Notes: generated by a model not told the origin, from the sequence alone. DNA of 20,934 bases from Candidatus Margulisiibacteriota bacterium (GCA_043816785.1 JBDRHP010000052.1:1-20934); one strand, 5' to 3'. Positions 1-8,762 are shown, numbered from the stretch's first letter. Numbers and translations: made by a program.

Positions 1-205
1 ACCCGATACCAATCTGGGTCCCTGCCGCCTGAACCGTTATCGGCCCCCACAATAAGCCCCGGCTTTTTTTGGTGATCTTCTTGCCAATCCTTATGCCAAT
101 AGCTTCCAAGCGGCGAAATACACCCCTGCCACCCAGGATATCAACCACAACACCGCTTTCTCCTGTATCCATTCTGGTCAAGGCGATTACTTCTTTTGCA
201 AACAT
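1..205 (-). CDS. feoA: FeoA-family ferrous iron transport protein (3' end outside window)
   Basis: Not in the ORF track. Manual translation from ATG at 205 gives MFAKEVIALTRMDTGESGVVVDILGGRGVFRRLEAIGIRIGKKITKKSRGLLWGPITVQAAGTQIGIG, the FeoA pattern (RL..lGi..G, GPi.v). Purine-rich RBS GGAAAGGAAA upstream. Confidence 0.88.
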   Translation of the reverse strand, partial: MFAKEVIALTRMDTGESGVVVDILGGRGVFRRLEAIGIRIGKKITKKSRGLLWGPITVQAAGTQIGIG

Positions 206-227
206 TAGGCTTTCCTTTCCACAAAAC

Positions 228-241
228 TTAGGTGCACCTAA
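228..241. promoter_or_regulatory. Perfect 14-bp palindrome TTAGGTGCACCTAA, DtxR/MntR-type metal-repressor operator
   Basis: TTAGG-N4-CCTAA half-sites resemble DtxR-family boxes. It lies over the predicted transcription start of feoA. Confidence 0.72.
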
Positions 242-244
242 CTT

Positions 245-273
245 ATTTTATGTTGTTAATGCGATTTTGTCAA
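245..273 (-). promoter_or_regulatory. Sigma70-type promoter of feoA
   Basis: TTGACA (273-268), N17, TAAAAT (250-245) on the minus strand. Confidence 0.8.
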
Positions 274-317
274 GGGCCAAGACCCGCTGGCAAGCCTATC
301 GAGGCATTAGAAAGCGG

Positions 318-2066
318 TCAGGCGGTCAATTGTTTTAGCAATTTCCCCTTTCCCAGCTGCTTCAACGCCTTAGCAACCAGGCGGTAGTTTTTAGCCAGCT
401 GGGGCTGCAGCAGTGCTTTTTGAAAACGGCGCTCTTCGCCTTTTGGCACATGGACAGGTTTGCCGGTAAATGGGTCAATTCCAGTATAATACATGCAGGT
501 CGCCGGAGTCATCGGGGTGGGCGTAAAATTCTGCACCTGTTCCAGACGCACACGGTTCTTTTTAAGGAAGAAAGCCAGCTTCAGGGCATGATCAAGAGTA
601 CTGCCCGGATGCGAAGCAATAAAATACGGGATAAGGAACTGTTTTTTTCCGTGTTTTTTATTTAACTTTTCAAATTTATCCTTAAACTCAAGGAACTTTG
701 AAAACCGCGGCTTGCCCATCAGCAAGAGCACTTCTTCACAAATATGTTCGGGAGCAATACTCAGCTGTCCGCCAACATGATGCTTAACTAATTCCTCCAT
801 ATATTCATCATCCAGCAAAGCCAGGTCATAACGAATGCCGGAGCCGATAAAGACTTTCTTGATCCCCGGCATCTGGCGTAGTTCTTTTAATAATTCTAAA
901 GATGGTTTCTGCGTGAGGTTGAGAAATTTACAAAAATTGGGGTAAATACAGCTAGCTCGAGTGCAGCCCTCATCTTTTGAACAGGTCAGACCATACATAT
1001 TGGCCGTTGGTCCGCCAACATCAAGGATGTTTCCTTTAAAGCCGGATTGGACCATGATCTTTTCTTGGATCTCTTTCTTTATCGAGGCCAGGCTGCGGCC
1101 AACAATATATTTGCCCTGGTGCTGGGAAATGGCGCAAAAAGAACAACCGCCAAAACAACCGCGGTGCGAGATGGTAGAAAATTTGACAAAATCCCAGGCC
1201 GGAATATTGCCCGAGCGGCTAGCCCGCATAAAAGGCAGCTCAAACAGGGCTTCAAATTCTTTTTGCTTAAGATTCTCTGGTGGAAAGACTACTAGATACC
1301 TGCCCTGGCAGGGCTGGATGATCACCCGCGGATGCTTTTTCCTGCCTTCGGTATAGTAGAGCTTAAATGCTTCAGCATATTTCCGCTTATCAGCCGCAAC
1401 TTCTTCATACGATGATAAAACCAGAGCATCTTTATATTTTGATATTTCTTTTGTTATTATTGCCGTATTACAATAACGTCGCGCAGCGACACCTTCATTA
1501 GTCATTAGGCATTCGTCATTCGTCATTGAGCGCAGATAACTCGCAATCCCCAGTATCCCCTTCTCAGCCATGCCATAAACTAAATAGTCTGCCTTGGCGT
1601 CAAATAACAATGAACGCCTGACTTTGTCATTCCAATAGTCATAATGGGCAAAGCGCCTTAAGCTGGCCTCGACCCCTCCCAAGACAACCGGAACCCCTGG
1701 GAAAAGTGATTTTATTTTACTGGTGTAGACAATTGTCGCCCGGTCAGGCCGCTTGCCGGCCTGGTTATCGGGAGTATACATATCAGTGCGGCGGATCTTT
1801 TTATCGGCCGTATAATTGGCCACCATTGAATCAAGATTTCCGGCAGAAACAGCAAAGAAAAGTTTTGGTTTACCTAATTTTTTAAAGTCAGCGTCGTTTT
1901 TCCAGTCCGGTTGGGCAATAATCCCAACAGAGAAACCTTGTGACTCTAAGTAGCGGCCAATCAGGGCCGTGCCAAAGCTGGGATGGTCAACGTAAGCATC
2001 GCCGCTGACCAAAATAATATCCAGCGGTTCTTTAATTTCTGATTTATCGACCGGCAGGAAAGGCAT
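318..2066 (-). CDS. ygiQ: YgiQ/UPF0313 family radical SAM protein
   Basis: GDAYVDHPSFG, GNLDSMV, PDRA, EASLRR, HRGCFGGCSFC (CxxxCxxC), GGPTANMYG, SGIRYD, IAPEH and PYFIASHPG are all YgiQ-family hallmarks. Confidence 0.95.
   Translation of the reverse strand: MPFLPVDKSEIKEPLDIILVSGDAYVDHPSFGTALIGRYLESQGFSVGIIAQPDWKNDADFKKLGKPKLFFAVSAGNLDSMVANYTADKKIRRTDMYTPDNQAGKRPDRATIVYTSKIKSLFPGVPVVLGGVEASLRRFAHYDYWNDKVRRSLLFDAKADYLVYGMAEKGILGIASYLRSMTNDECLMTNEGVAARRYCNTAIITKEISKYKDALVLSSYEEVAADKRKYAEAFKLYYTEGRKKHPRVIIQPCQGRYLVVFPPENLKQKEFEALFELPFMRASRSGNIPAWDFVKFSTISHRGCFGGCSFCAISQHQGKYIVGRSLASIKKEIQEKIMVQSGFKGNILDVGGPTANMYGLTCSKDEGCTRASCIYPNFCKFLNLTQKPSLELLKELRQMPGIKKVFIGSGIRYDLALLDDEYMEELVKHHVGGQLSIAPEHICEEVLLLMGKPRFSKFLEFKDKFEKLNKKHGKKQFLIPYFIASHPGSTLDHALKLAFFLKKNRVRLEQVQNFTPTPMTPATCMYYTGIDPFTGKPVHVPKGEERRFQKALLQPQLAKNYRLVAKALKQLGKGKLLKQLTA
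1478..1529. repeat. Five imperfect 7-bp tandem repeats plus a small GC hairpin, inside ygiQ
   Basis: TCATTAG TCATTAG GCATTCG TCATTCG TCATTGA at 1495-1529; GTCGC-GCA-GCGAC at 1478-1490. Confidence 0.75.
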
Positions 2067-2072
2067 GCCTTA

Positions 2073-2081
2073 ATTATATCA
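2073..2081 (-). promoter_or_regulatory. Extended -10 promoter (TGATATAAT) of ygiQ, likely leaderless transcript
   Basis: TATAAT ends 6 nt before the ATG at 2066; no Shine-Dalgarno sequence. Confidence 0.6.
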
Positions 2082-2107
2082 GTTATCGACGAGAAAGCCT
2101 AGAAGCA

Positions 2108-2131
2108 AGCGGCCAGATTGATCTGGCCGCT
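2108..2131 (-). terminator. Hairpin downstream of the lipoprotein gene, probable intrinsic terminator
   Basis: 10-bp stem AGCGGCCAGA / TCTGGCCGCT with a 4-nt loop. The U-tail on the minus strand is weak (TGCTTCT). Confidence 0.6.
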
Positions 2132-2159
2132 GTTGGTTTTAACGGAGCATTAGCGCTGC

Positions 2160-3194
2160 TTAATAATTTAGATAAATCGTCCCTGCCTGGGGGTTCCCCG
2201 CATTCAGAGCCGCTGTATTGGACAGGATATCGGAAAAAGCAAAGAACGGCGTATTCACCACATAATCCTTATAACTTGCCACGCTAGCGGACAAGGAAGC
2301 AGGATCAGTGAATGCTTCGCTTGAGACATCAAAATTCATCAAGGTAGTCTCAGTCGCTTCCGCGCTGACCACCAGATAACGCGCTGAGGAAAAACCGTCG
2401 TTGTTGCTGTTCATTATTTTAAGGAGAAAATTTTCCCCGGCGCCCTGAGATACGCCTTTGCCCACCAGCTGCGAATTAACCGCGGTTGCCCCGGCAATGG
2501 TCTGGACAAACTCAAAAGCATGGGTGCCTGAATTACCGGATATCTTGGTCCGGTTATTATAGTCACAAAGAGTATCACTAGCGTTATAGTCAACACAGAA
2601 GATAAAATCAACGCTTAGATCTTTAGTGGCATTGTTCATGGATGCTTCAAGCACACCATATTCATTATGATTAGGATCAGCTGTATCGCGCCAGATCCAG
2701 GTCACAATCCCCCTGGTAGTCGTACCGGAGGTGATGACGGCAGCGGCTCTTTCGTTGGTCGCGTCGTTGACCGCTGTTTCATACGTGGCGTTATTGCCAA
2801 AATTAAATGGCGGAACAATGACTTCCGGAGTAGCCAGCGCAACAACTTCGCTAGACATAGCGTTTAAAAGAGTTTCAACATCGTACAGGAGCCGATAAAG
2901 ATTTGCGCGGTCAATCACGCCCTCGTCTTGAGGATGTAGATACTCCCTTAAAGCATAAAACACTCCATACATCGTATTGCCGCTTTCCCAGGTGCTGGCG
3001 GCCGTTACTCTGGCAGAAGGAATAAATACCGGGGTAGTATTACTAGCCTCCGTGTAAAAGGCAATTGTGCTGGAAACCGATCCCGAGCCAGTGTTTGTTG
3101 ACTGTCCACAACCTTTGACCAATAAAGCCAAAAATACGAGCCCAAAGAACGCGATCCATAATACCCCAAGAGTCTTTGCTGATTTACTTTTCAT
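2160..3194 (-). CDS. Putative lipoprotein of unknown function
   Basis: Basic N-terminus, hydrophobic h-region, lipobox-like LVKG|C, then a Ser/Thr/Gly linker. GAGGTG RBS and extended -10 TGTTATAAT (3216-3224) upstream. Confidence 0.75.
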   Translation of the reverse strand: MKSKSAKTLGVLWIAFFGLVFLALLVKGCGQSTNTGSGSVSSTIAFYTEASNTTPVFIPSARVTAASTWESGNTMYGVFYALREYLHPQDEGVIDRANLYRLLYDVETLLNAMSSEVVALATPEVIVPPFNFGNNATYETAVNDATNERAAAVITSGTTTRGIVTWIWRDTADPNHNEYGVLEASMNNATKDLSVDFIFCVDYNASDTLCDYNNRTKISGNSGTHAFEFVQTIAGATAVNSQLVGKGVSQGAGENFLLKIMNSNNDGFSSARYLVVSAEATETTLMNFDVSSEAFTDPASLSASVASYKDYVVNTPFFAFSDILSNTAALNAGNPQAGTIYLNY

Positions 3195-3249
3195 TATTTC
3201 ATCACCTCAATCGAGATTATAACACGTCTAGTTGATCAAAGACAAAGGC

Positions 3250-3714
3250 TCACTTGATCTCGAGTATCTTATATTTAACCAGCCCCCGCGGGACTTCGAC
3301 CTCGACCACCGCGCCTTTTTTTTGCTTAATTATGGCGCCGCCAATTGGTGATTGGGGCGAGATCTTGTTTTCCAGAACATCCGCGTCCATTTCTGAGACA
3401 AGCGTATATTCAAATTCCTGACCATTATCAAGCGCCTTGAGCCTGACAATAGAACCGAGACTAACGCCACCGCCGCCGGACAGTTCAGCCTTTGCCACGA
3501 TCATCGCGCTGTCAAGCTTGGCTTCCAGGTCCCTGATCATCATTTCATTTAAGCCCTGCTCCTCTTTGGCAGCATGGTAAGCGGAATTCTCCTTGAGGTC
3601 CCCGTGGTCACGAGCCTCGCCGATCGCCTTGGATATTATGGGCCGTTTCTTCTTGAGTGCTTCAAGCTTTTTCTTTAGTTTCTCTTGGTCTTCTCTGGTC
3701 ATGCGTTCGATCAT
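3250..3714 (-). CDS. greA: Transcription elongation factor GreA
   Basis: ARDHGDLKENSAYHAAKEEQ and ISPQSPIG motifs; 154 aa; RBS GGAAGGAG. Confidence 0.95.
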   Translation of the reverse strand: MIERMTREDQEKLKKKLEALKKKRPIISKAIGEARDHGDLKENSAYHAAKEEQGLNEMMIRDLEAKLDSAMIVAKAELSGGGGVSLGSIVRLKALDNGQEFEYTLVSEMDADVLENKISPQSPIGGAIIKQKKGAVVEVEVPRGLVKYKILEIK

Positions 3715-3827
3715 TGGTCCTGCTCCTTCCCAGTTTACATTAAGGTTTGATCATAATACATTATACACTCATAGCGAATTAGTCAAGGGGGTAAGATAAA
3801 AAGATGTTCCGGGGACTTAAGTTGTAA

Positions 3828-4421
3828 CTAGGTTCTGGCCATCCAGACCATGGCTGCTTGCAACTCTTGAATTTGCTGCCTAAGGCTGGCTTCATCACGC
3901 GGAATGCCATCGCCCTCAGTCAAATTCACCAGCATGGTTTCAGAGGCGTTTGAGCTTCTCCCGAACGGTCCGCTAGCCTCAACGCCTTGCAGCAATTCGA
4001 TTTTTTCATGTTCAGCAGACTCTATTTGAGTCAGACTCACTCCACCGCTCCACTGGAGCGTCCCGCCATCTTGAGGCACTGATATTAAATCGCTACAGAA
4101 TATAACAAGTGATGATTCTTTACGTTGGTTGGCAGCTCTAAGGCTCAACGGCAGATCAACGGCCTCCACAAAAAACAAATTAGCAACCTGGCGTTCCATA
4201 AGCGGGATCACTTTCCCGCTCGGCTGAATTATACCAGCCATCACTTGAATGGTAAAAAGGTCTGTCACAGGAGACCGAACCTCTTCTTTGGCCCCGGTCA
4301 CCCCAACAAAGCCTTGCCAAACAGTTCTGGCAACATTCCGATCAAAACGATCAAAAGAATAAAGCCCTACTCTGGGTTTAATATTACCGGCCAGTCTTGT
4401 TCGCGGAACAGCTGTAAACAT
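3828..4421 (-). CDS. Hypothetical protein (orphan, Arg-rich N-terminus)
   Basis: 197-aa ORF filling the gap between neighbours, with RBS AAAAGGAAG and the conserved promoter motif upstream. No family recognised. Confidence 0.65.
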   Translation of the reverse strand: MFTAVPRTRLAGNIKPRVGLYSFDRFDRNVARTVWQGFVGVTGAKEEVRSPVTDLFTIQVMAGIIQPSGKVIPLMERQVANLFFVEAVDLPLSLRAANQRKESSLVIFCSDLISVPQDGGTLQWSGGVSLTQIESAEHEKIELLQGVEASGPFGRSSNASETMLVNLTEGDGIPRDEASLRQQIQELQAAMVWMART

Positions 4422-4460
4422 TACGCAATTACTTCCTTTTACTCGTCTTTTACCAATTAT

Positions 4461-4488
4461 TTATCGGAAGGAACCTGGGGATATTTCA
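4461..4488 (-). promoter_or_regulatory. Alternative-sigma (sigma-28-like) promoter motif, copy 1
   Basis: TGAAAT-atccccaggttccttc-CGATAA, about 40 nt upstream of ATG 4421. Confidence 0.7.
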
Positions 4489-4515
4489 GATTATTTAGGA
4501 ATTGTTTTAAGAGAT

Positions 4516-5691
4516 TTAATCAAGTGGGGAAATATTTGGCGGAGGCAAAGGAGAGGCCACTGGCCTTATTTCAGCCAAAATTTTCTCAACCGCCAATCTG
4601 GCCTCCAGGGCGCTTTGGAACCTGACCAAACCATTACCCGGCTCTTCCTCGCTTCTGCGTTCCCCGGTCATACGTAAGATAAGATTTTGGATGGTTAAAG
4701 TAAGGTCGCGATTAAGCGGAGCAAATGATTTAGTCCAACCCGCAGTTTCAAAAGCCTCCCCCGACAATCTGCGCCTTATCAGAACGAGTATTGAGGATTC
4801 GCGAAAAGGTCTCCGCCCGGTCAGCATCTCATTTAAGACTAGGCCTGCCTGAAAAATATCGGTCTGGAGGTCGATATCTTCACCACGCAGCTGCTCTGGT
4901 GAAGCATACATGGGTTTGCCCATCATCATTCCCGGCTCCCGGTCAGGGTAGGCTCTCCCCAGGCCCCAATCAATAATGGTTACTTCCTTTTTCCCCCTCT
5001 CCCCTCTGGTCAATAAAATATTATCCGGGGAAAGATCTGCGTGGACCACCCCACGGTCATGGGCGTACTCCAATCCACGAAAAACATCTGAAATTATTCC
5101 TAGCGCAGCGATCACATGGTCCTGAAAAATTGATTCAACACTGGTCATCGGCCGGTTGATAATAAAGTCAGTGAGGGCTTCCCCTTGGACAAATTCCAGC
5201 ACGATCATATTTTCTCCTGTGGCTAAACAATCTACTATGTTCTTCCGGCCCCTGCCTAAGGCACGATAAGTATCGCTTTCAGCCGTGATATGCTTTTCCA
5301 ATTCTGGCAAGAGGCTGGTTTTGACCGTTACCTGGGCATTAGTTTTCAGATCAGTGCACAGATAGACCTTCCCAATGCCTCCCCGGCCCAGCATTCTTTC
5401 AACTTGATAGCGGCTCGCGATTAAGTCTCCTTCAATTAGTGAGGCCAGATCTCTTGCTTCGCTCATGGTCAAAGTTTCAATTGGTCCTGTAGCGTCAACC
5501 TGGGTCACTTCCAGATCAACCAATCTTTCGGCAACAAGTTGCAGAGGAGTGGCATCCAAGGTTCTAGCTAAAGGGTCAATTGTTTGCAAATGACGAATAG
5601 TGGGCGGTTTAAGGGGTAAAGCTGGTTTGCTCCGAAACTGAGGCAACAGATTTTTTATTCTTAATGATCCGGCGGTTCTCTGACCACTCAT
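4516..5691 (-). CDS. Hanks-type Ser/Thr protein kinase, soluble, with ~90-aa N-terminal extension
   Basis: LGRGGIGKVY, VTVK, HADLSPDN, DWG, GKPMYASPEQ and DIFQAG motifs; RBS GGAGGA at 5698-5703. Confidence 0.92.
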   Translation of the reverse strand: MSGQRTAGSLRIKNLLPQFRSKPALPLKPPTIRHLQTIDPLARTLDATPLQLVAERLVDLEVTQVDATGPIETLTMSEARDLASLIEGDLIASRYQVERMLGRGGIGKVYLCTDLKTNAQVTVKTSLLPELEKHITAESDTYRALGRGRKNIVDCLATGENMIVLEFVQGEALTDFIINRPMTSVESIFQDHVIAALGIISDVFRGLEYAHDRGVVHADLSPDNILLTRGERGKKEVTIIDWGLGRAYPDREPGMMMGKPMYASPEQLRGEDIDLQTDIFQAGLVLNEMLTGRRPFRESSILVLIRRRLSGEAFETAGWTKSFAPLNRDLTLTIQNLILRMTGERRSEEEPGNGLVRFQSALEARLAVEKILAEIRPVASPLPPPNISPLD

Positions 5692-5732
5692 CTATTTTCC
5701 TCCAATACTCAAAGGTATTTTCCGCTAAATAT

Positions 5733-5760
5733 ATATCGTTAAAAATTGGCAGAAATTTCA
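5733..5760 (-). promoter_or_regulatory. Alternative-sigma (sigma-28-like) promoter motif, copy 2
   Basis: TGAAAT-ttctgccaatttttaa-CGATAT, 41 nt upstream of ATG 5691. Confidence 0.7.
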
Positions 5761-5820
5761 GTTTAAGGCAAGAAGGGATAAGAGGGGGTAGAAGGGTTCA
5801 GAAGACCGAAGAAGGCGTTA

Positions 5821-6903
5821 TTATCGCATAAAGGGCGGGAGTTCGATGTGTTCTTTATTATTCGAATTCTTGGCAGAGCTGTTATTGCCGCCGCCAGCCG
5901 GCACACGGGCGGCTCGGGACCGCAGAAAAGGCAAAGCATCCTTCTCTTTCTTGGCTGAAGGCACAAACCCAGTGGCAATAACTGTGACTACAACATCACC
6001 CTGCAGTTTCTCATCAATGACCGCGCCAAAAATAATATTAGCGTCAGGATCAACTGCATTGTAGATAACTTCAGCTGCTTCATTGACTTCGTAAAGAGTC
6101 AGGTCAGAAGCGCCGGTAACGTTAAAGATAACACCCTTGGCGCCGGTAATGGTTTCTTCAAGCAGCGGTGAAGAAATGGCTGCTTCAGCCGCTTCCACTG
6201 CCCGGTTCTCGCCAGAGCCAGTGCCAATGCCCATCATGGCAGAACCTGCTTCGTACATAACAGTCCTAACGTCAGCAAAATCCAGGTTGATCAAACCAGG
6301 CACCGTGATCAAGTCAGAGATCCCCTTTACCCCCTGGCGCAGCACATCATCAGCTATTTTAAAGGCTTCAATAATTGAGGTTTTTCTTTCCACAACCTGG
6401 AGCAGTTTATCATTGGGGATTACGATCAAGGCGTCAACTTTTTCCTTAAGCATGGCAACACCGGTTTCCGCCTGCGAGATCCTGACCGGACCTTCAAAAC
6501 GGAACGGTCTGGTCACGACACCAACTGTTAAGCAGCCCATTTCCTTAGCAACTTCAGCAATGACCGGGGAAGCGCCTGTTCCGGTCCCTCCACCCATGCC
6601 CGCAGTTATAAAGACCATGTCAGCGCCTTCTAAGGCCAGCTTGACGTCTTCAATGGATTCCTCAGCCGCTTTTTGGCCGATCTCCGGATTAGCGCCCGCG
6701 CCCAAGCCTTTGGTCAATTTTACACCGAGTTGAAGCTTATGGTCAGCCAGCGAAACATTTAAGGCCTGAAGATCAGTATTGACCCCCCAAAACTCTACCC
6801 CTTTGACCCCTGCGCCAATCATGCGGTTAACCGCGTTCGTACCGCCGCCACCACAACCAAAAACCTTAATGACTGCGAAATTCTTACCGTCACTACCGAC
6901 CAT
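5821..6903 (-). CDS. ftsZ: Cell division protein FtsZ
   Basis: GGGGTNAV, tubulin signature [17 protein letters not shown] and C-terminal peptide IELPPFMR. Confidence 0.98.
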   Translation of the reverse strand: MVGSDGKNFAVIKVFGCGGGGTNAVNRMIGAGVKGVEFWGVNTDLQALNVSLADHKLQLGVKLTKGLGAGANPEIGQKAAEESIEDVKLALEGADMVFITAGMGGGTGTGASPVIAEVAKEMGCLTVGVVTRPFRFEGPVRISQAETGVAMLKEKVDALIVIPNDKLLQVVERKTSIIEAFKIADDVLRQGVKGISDLITVPGLINLDFADVRTVMYEAGSAMMGIGTGSGENRAVEAAEAAISSPLLEETITGAKGVIFNVTGASDLTLYEVNEAAEVIYNAVDPDANIIFGAVIDEKLQGDVVVTVIATGFVPSAKKEKDALPFLRSRAARVPAGGGNNSSAKNSNNKEHIELPPFMR

Positions 6904-6952
6904 ATTATCAGACTCCTTTTCCCGCTTGAGACAGGAATGGGACGTTATCTAT

Positions 6953-6981
6953 ATTTTAGCAACCAGACAGGTTAAATGCAA
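6953..6981 (-). promoter_or_regulatory. Sigma70-type promoter of ftsZ
   Basis: TTGCAT, N17, TAAAAT with a TGn extension, in the ftsQ-ftsZ spacer. Confidence 0.6.
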
Positions 6982-6989
6982 GCTTTTGG

Positions 6990-7751
6990 CTACTGGAATC
7001 TAATGACCGGATTGTCAGGAAAGCGCACATCCACATACTCTACCTGGCCCCATTTTCCAGCGATCACCGGCAACAGAGCGGCAAAGACTTCCATTTTTCG
7101 CTTAATATCCTCAGCTGCCCCGACCTTGACCCGCAAGATATCATCCAGCAGCAAGCTCACATTTTTTAATTCGCCCAGCTCCAGCTGCATCCTGCCCGAC
7201 TCAAGATAAGGCGAAAGCTTAAAGATAATTTCAGAAACGATTTGCGAAACTGTCTTGTCTATATGATCGCTTTTCAAAACTATCTCCTCTCCAATACCCG
7301 AGACAACCGGTAAGTCAGCCCGGTTGGGGATATTCAAAGTTAGATTTTGATTGCGGTTAATAATATATCCTTCGCTGTCAATGATTATTGTTTTATCCGG
7401 GAAAACGATCGTGGCCAGCGGTCGCCTCTCGGTAATACTAATCAGCACCGTGGCCGGCGGGATCCGATAAAAATGGTAGCTTTTGATCGCGGTTATCTTT
7501 TGCAAATTTGCCTTAGCCCGTGAGAAACTGGTAAAGAACAGGTTCTCGGAAATCGGGATGGCCGCCAGGGTTCTAATCTCTTCTGGCAACAGCATTTGTG
7601 CGCCGTTGACCACGACTTCCTTTATCTTCCAGATCGGCAGGGTCATAACATAAATGCCGCCAGCAGTCACTAAAACGAAAATAAAGAATATTGCCAGAGA
7701 CTTGGGGAACCGGGGTTTTTGATTTTTCAGCTTTTGTCTGCGCCTGGCCAT
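6990..7751 (-). CDS. ftsQ: Cell division protein FtsQ/DivIB
   Basis: Basic N-terminus, single TM helix, POTRA-like segment (IKEVVVNG...ITERRP), C-terminal YVDVRF; lies between ddl and ftsZ. Confidence 0.9.
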   Translation of the reverse strand: MARRRQKLKNQKPRFPKSLAIFFIFVLVTAGGIYVMTLPIWKIKEVVVNGAQMLLPEEIRTLAAIPISENLFFTSFSRAKANLQKITAIKSYHFYRIPPATVLISITERRPLATIVFPDKTIIIDSEGYIINRNQNLTLNIPNRADLPVVSGIGEEIVLKSDHIDKTVSQIVSEIIFKLSPYLESGRMQLELGELKNVSLLLDDILRVKVGAAEDIKRKMEVFAALLPVIAGKWGQVEYVDVRFPDNPVIRFQ

Positions 7752-8687
7752 TTAAAAAGCGCTCTCCAGGATCTTGACCACTAACTGATCAAAGGAAATA
7801 CCTGCATGTGCTGCCTCGGCTGGCAGATCGGAACGCTCTGTCATGCCGGGGATGCTATTGACCTCATGCACATAAGGGATGTGATCACTGCCAATGATCA
7901 TGTCCACCCGCGACACGCCATAACAGCCCAACGACTTATGAGCCATTAAAGCGATTTCCTGGACTTTTTTAGTTAAGGCTTGTGACAGCCTGGCCGGCAG
8001 GATAAAATCCGTTAGCCCGGCGGTATACTTTGCCTCATAGTCATAGAACTCATTCTTGGGGACCAGCTCAAGGATTGGCAAGGCCTGCACATCGCTGTTC
8101 GTGCCGATAATGCCGACCGTAACTTCCCGGCCCTTAACATAAGCTTCAATAAAGACATCTTTAAATTCGGCTACAGTTTTCTCCAAAACCTCTTGAAACC
8201 CATCAGGCTTCTTGATCAGAGTCACGCCCAAACTCGAGCCTTCAGAGGTTGGCTTAATAACTAGGGGAAAAGGGAATACTCTCTGAATCCTGGCTGCTTC
8301 TTTGGCAACATTTTGCGTAGCATCAACTTCAACATAACGGGGAGTAGGAATTCCAACCGCGTCAAAGACTCTTTTGGATGCCAGCTTATTCATGGCCAGG
8401 GCAGAAGCCAGAACCTTTGAGCCGGTGTAGGGAATATTAGCCATCTCCAGCAGTCCCTGGACCGTGCCATCCTCACCAAACCGGCCGTGGAGAATATTAT
8501 AAACAATCTCAATTTTTTCTGCTTTTAAGCGGGCAACTAGATCATCTTCGAGGTCCATAGAAATGACGTTATAGCCTTGTTTCTTGAGGGAGTCAAAAAC
8601 GCGTTTGCCAGAGCGCAGCGAAACCTCACGTTCGCCAGAGCGGCCGCCCATGAGCACACAAATCTTTTTATCCTTTAAGTCTGCCAT
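7752..8687 (-). CDS. ddl: D-alanine--D-alanine ligase
   Basis: GGRSGEREVSL, LHGRFGEDG, GSSLG, FYDYEAKY and EVNSIPGMT motifs. Confidence 0.97.
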   Translation of the reverse strand: MADLKDKKICVLMGGRSGEREVSLRSGKRVFDSLKKQGYNVISMDLEDDLVARLKAEKIEIVYNILHGRFGEDGTVQGLLEMANIPYTGSKVLASALAMNKLASKRVFDAVGIPTPRYVEVDATQNVAKEAARIQRVFPFPLVIKPTSEGSSLGVTLIKKPDGFQEVLEKTVAEFKDVFIEAYVKGREVTVGIIGTNSDVQALPILELVPKNEFYDYEAKYTAGLTDFILPARLSQALTKKVQEIALMAHKSLGCYGVSRVDMIIGSDHIPYVHEVNSIPGMTERSDLPAEAAHAGISFDQLVVKILESAF

Positions 8688-8693
8688 GTGGTT

Positions 8694-8702
8694 ATTTTAT
8701 CA
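8694..8702 (-). promoter_or_regulatory. Extended -10 promoter (TGATAAAAT) of ddl-ftsQ-ftsZ, likely leaderless
   Basis: TAAAAT ends 6 nt before ATG 8687; no SD. Confidence 0.55.
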
Positions 8703-8726
8703 TAAAGGCTGCGCCGCATAAAGGTT

Positions 8727-8756
8727 TTGACATTTTGGCGTTTATTAGCTTATAAT
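8727..8756 (+). promoter_or_regulatory. Sigma70 promoter of the icd operon
   Basis: TTGACA (8727-8732), N18, TATAAT (8751-8756); ATG follows 6 nt later. Confidence 0.78.
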
Positions 8757-8762
8757 AAATCC

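Noticed and set aside
69..338. 89-aa plus-strand ORF
   Set aside because: Antisense to feoA and runs across its promoter and operator; no recognisable features.
2083..2110. CGATAA upstream of ygiQ as a further regulon promoter
   Set aside because: No TGAAAT at the 16-nt spacing (GCTTGC instead); a sigma70 extended -10 explains the gene.
6137..6733. Long antisense or alternate-frame ORFs (e.g. 6137-6733, 4125-4625, 9078-9605, 10063-10599, 10736-11143)
   Set aside because: Shadows of better-supported genes on the opposite strand, without coherent protein motifs.
8727..8762. ORF-track N-terminal extension of icd ([12 protein letters not shown])
   Set aside because: The TTG is part of the TTGACA -35 box, and family similarity starts at ATG 8763.
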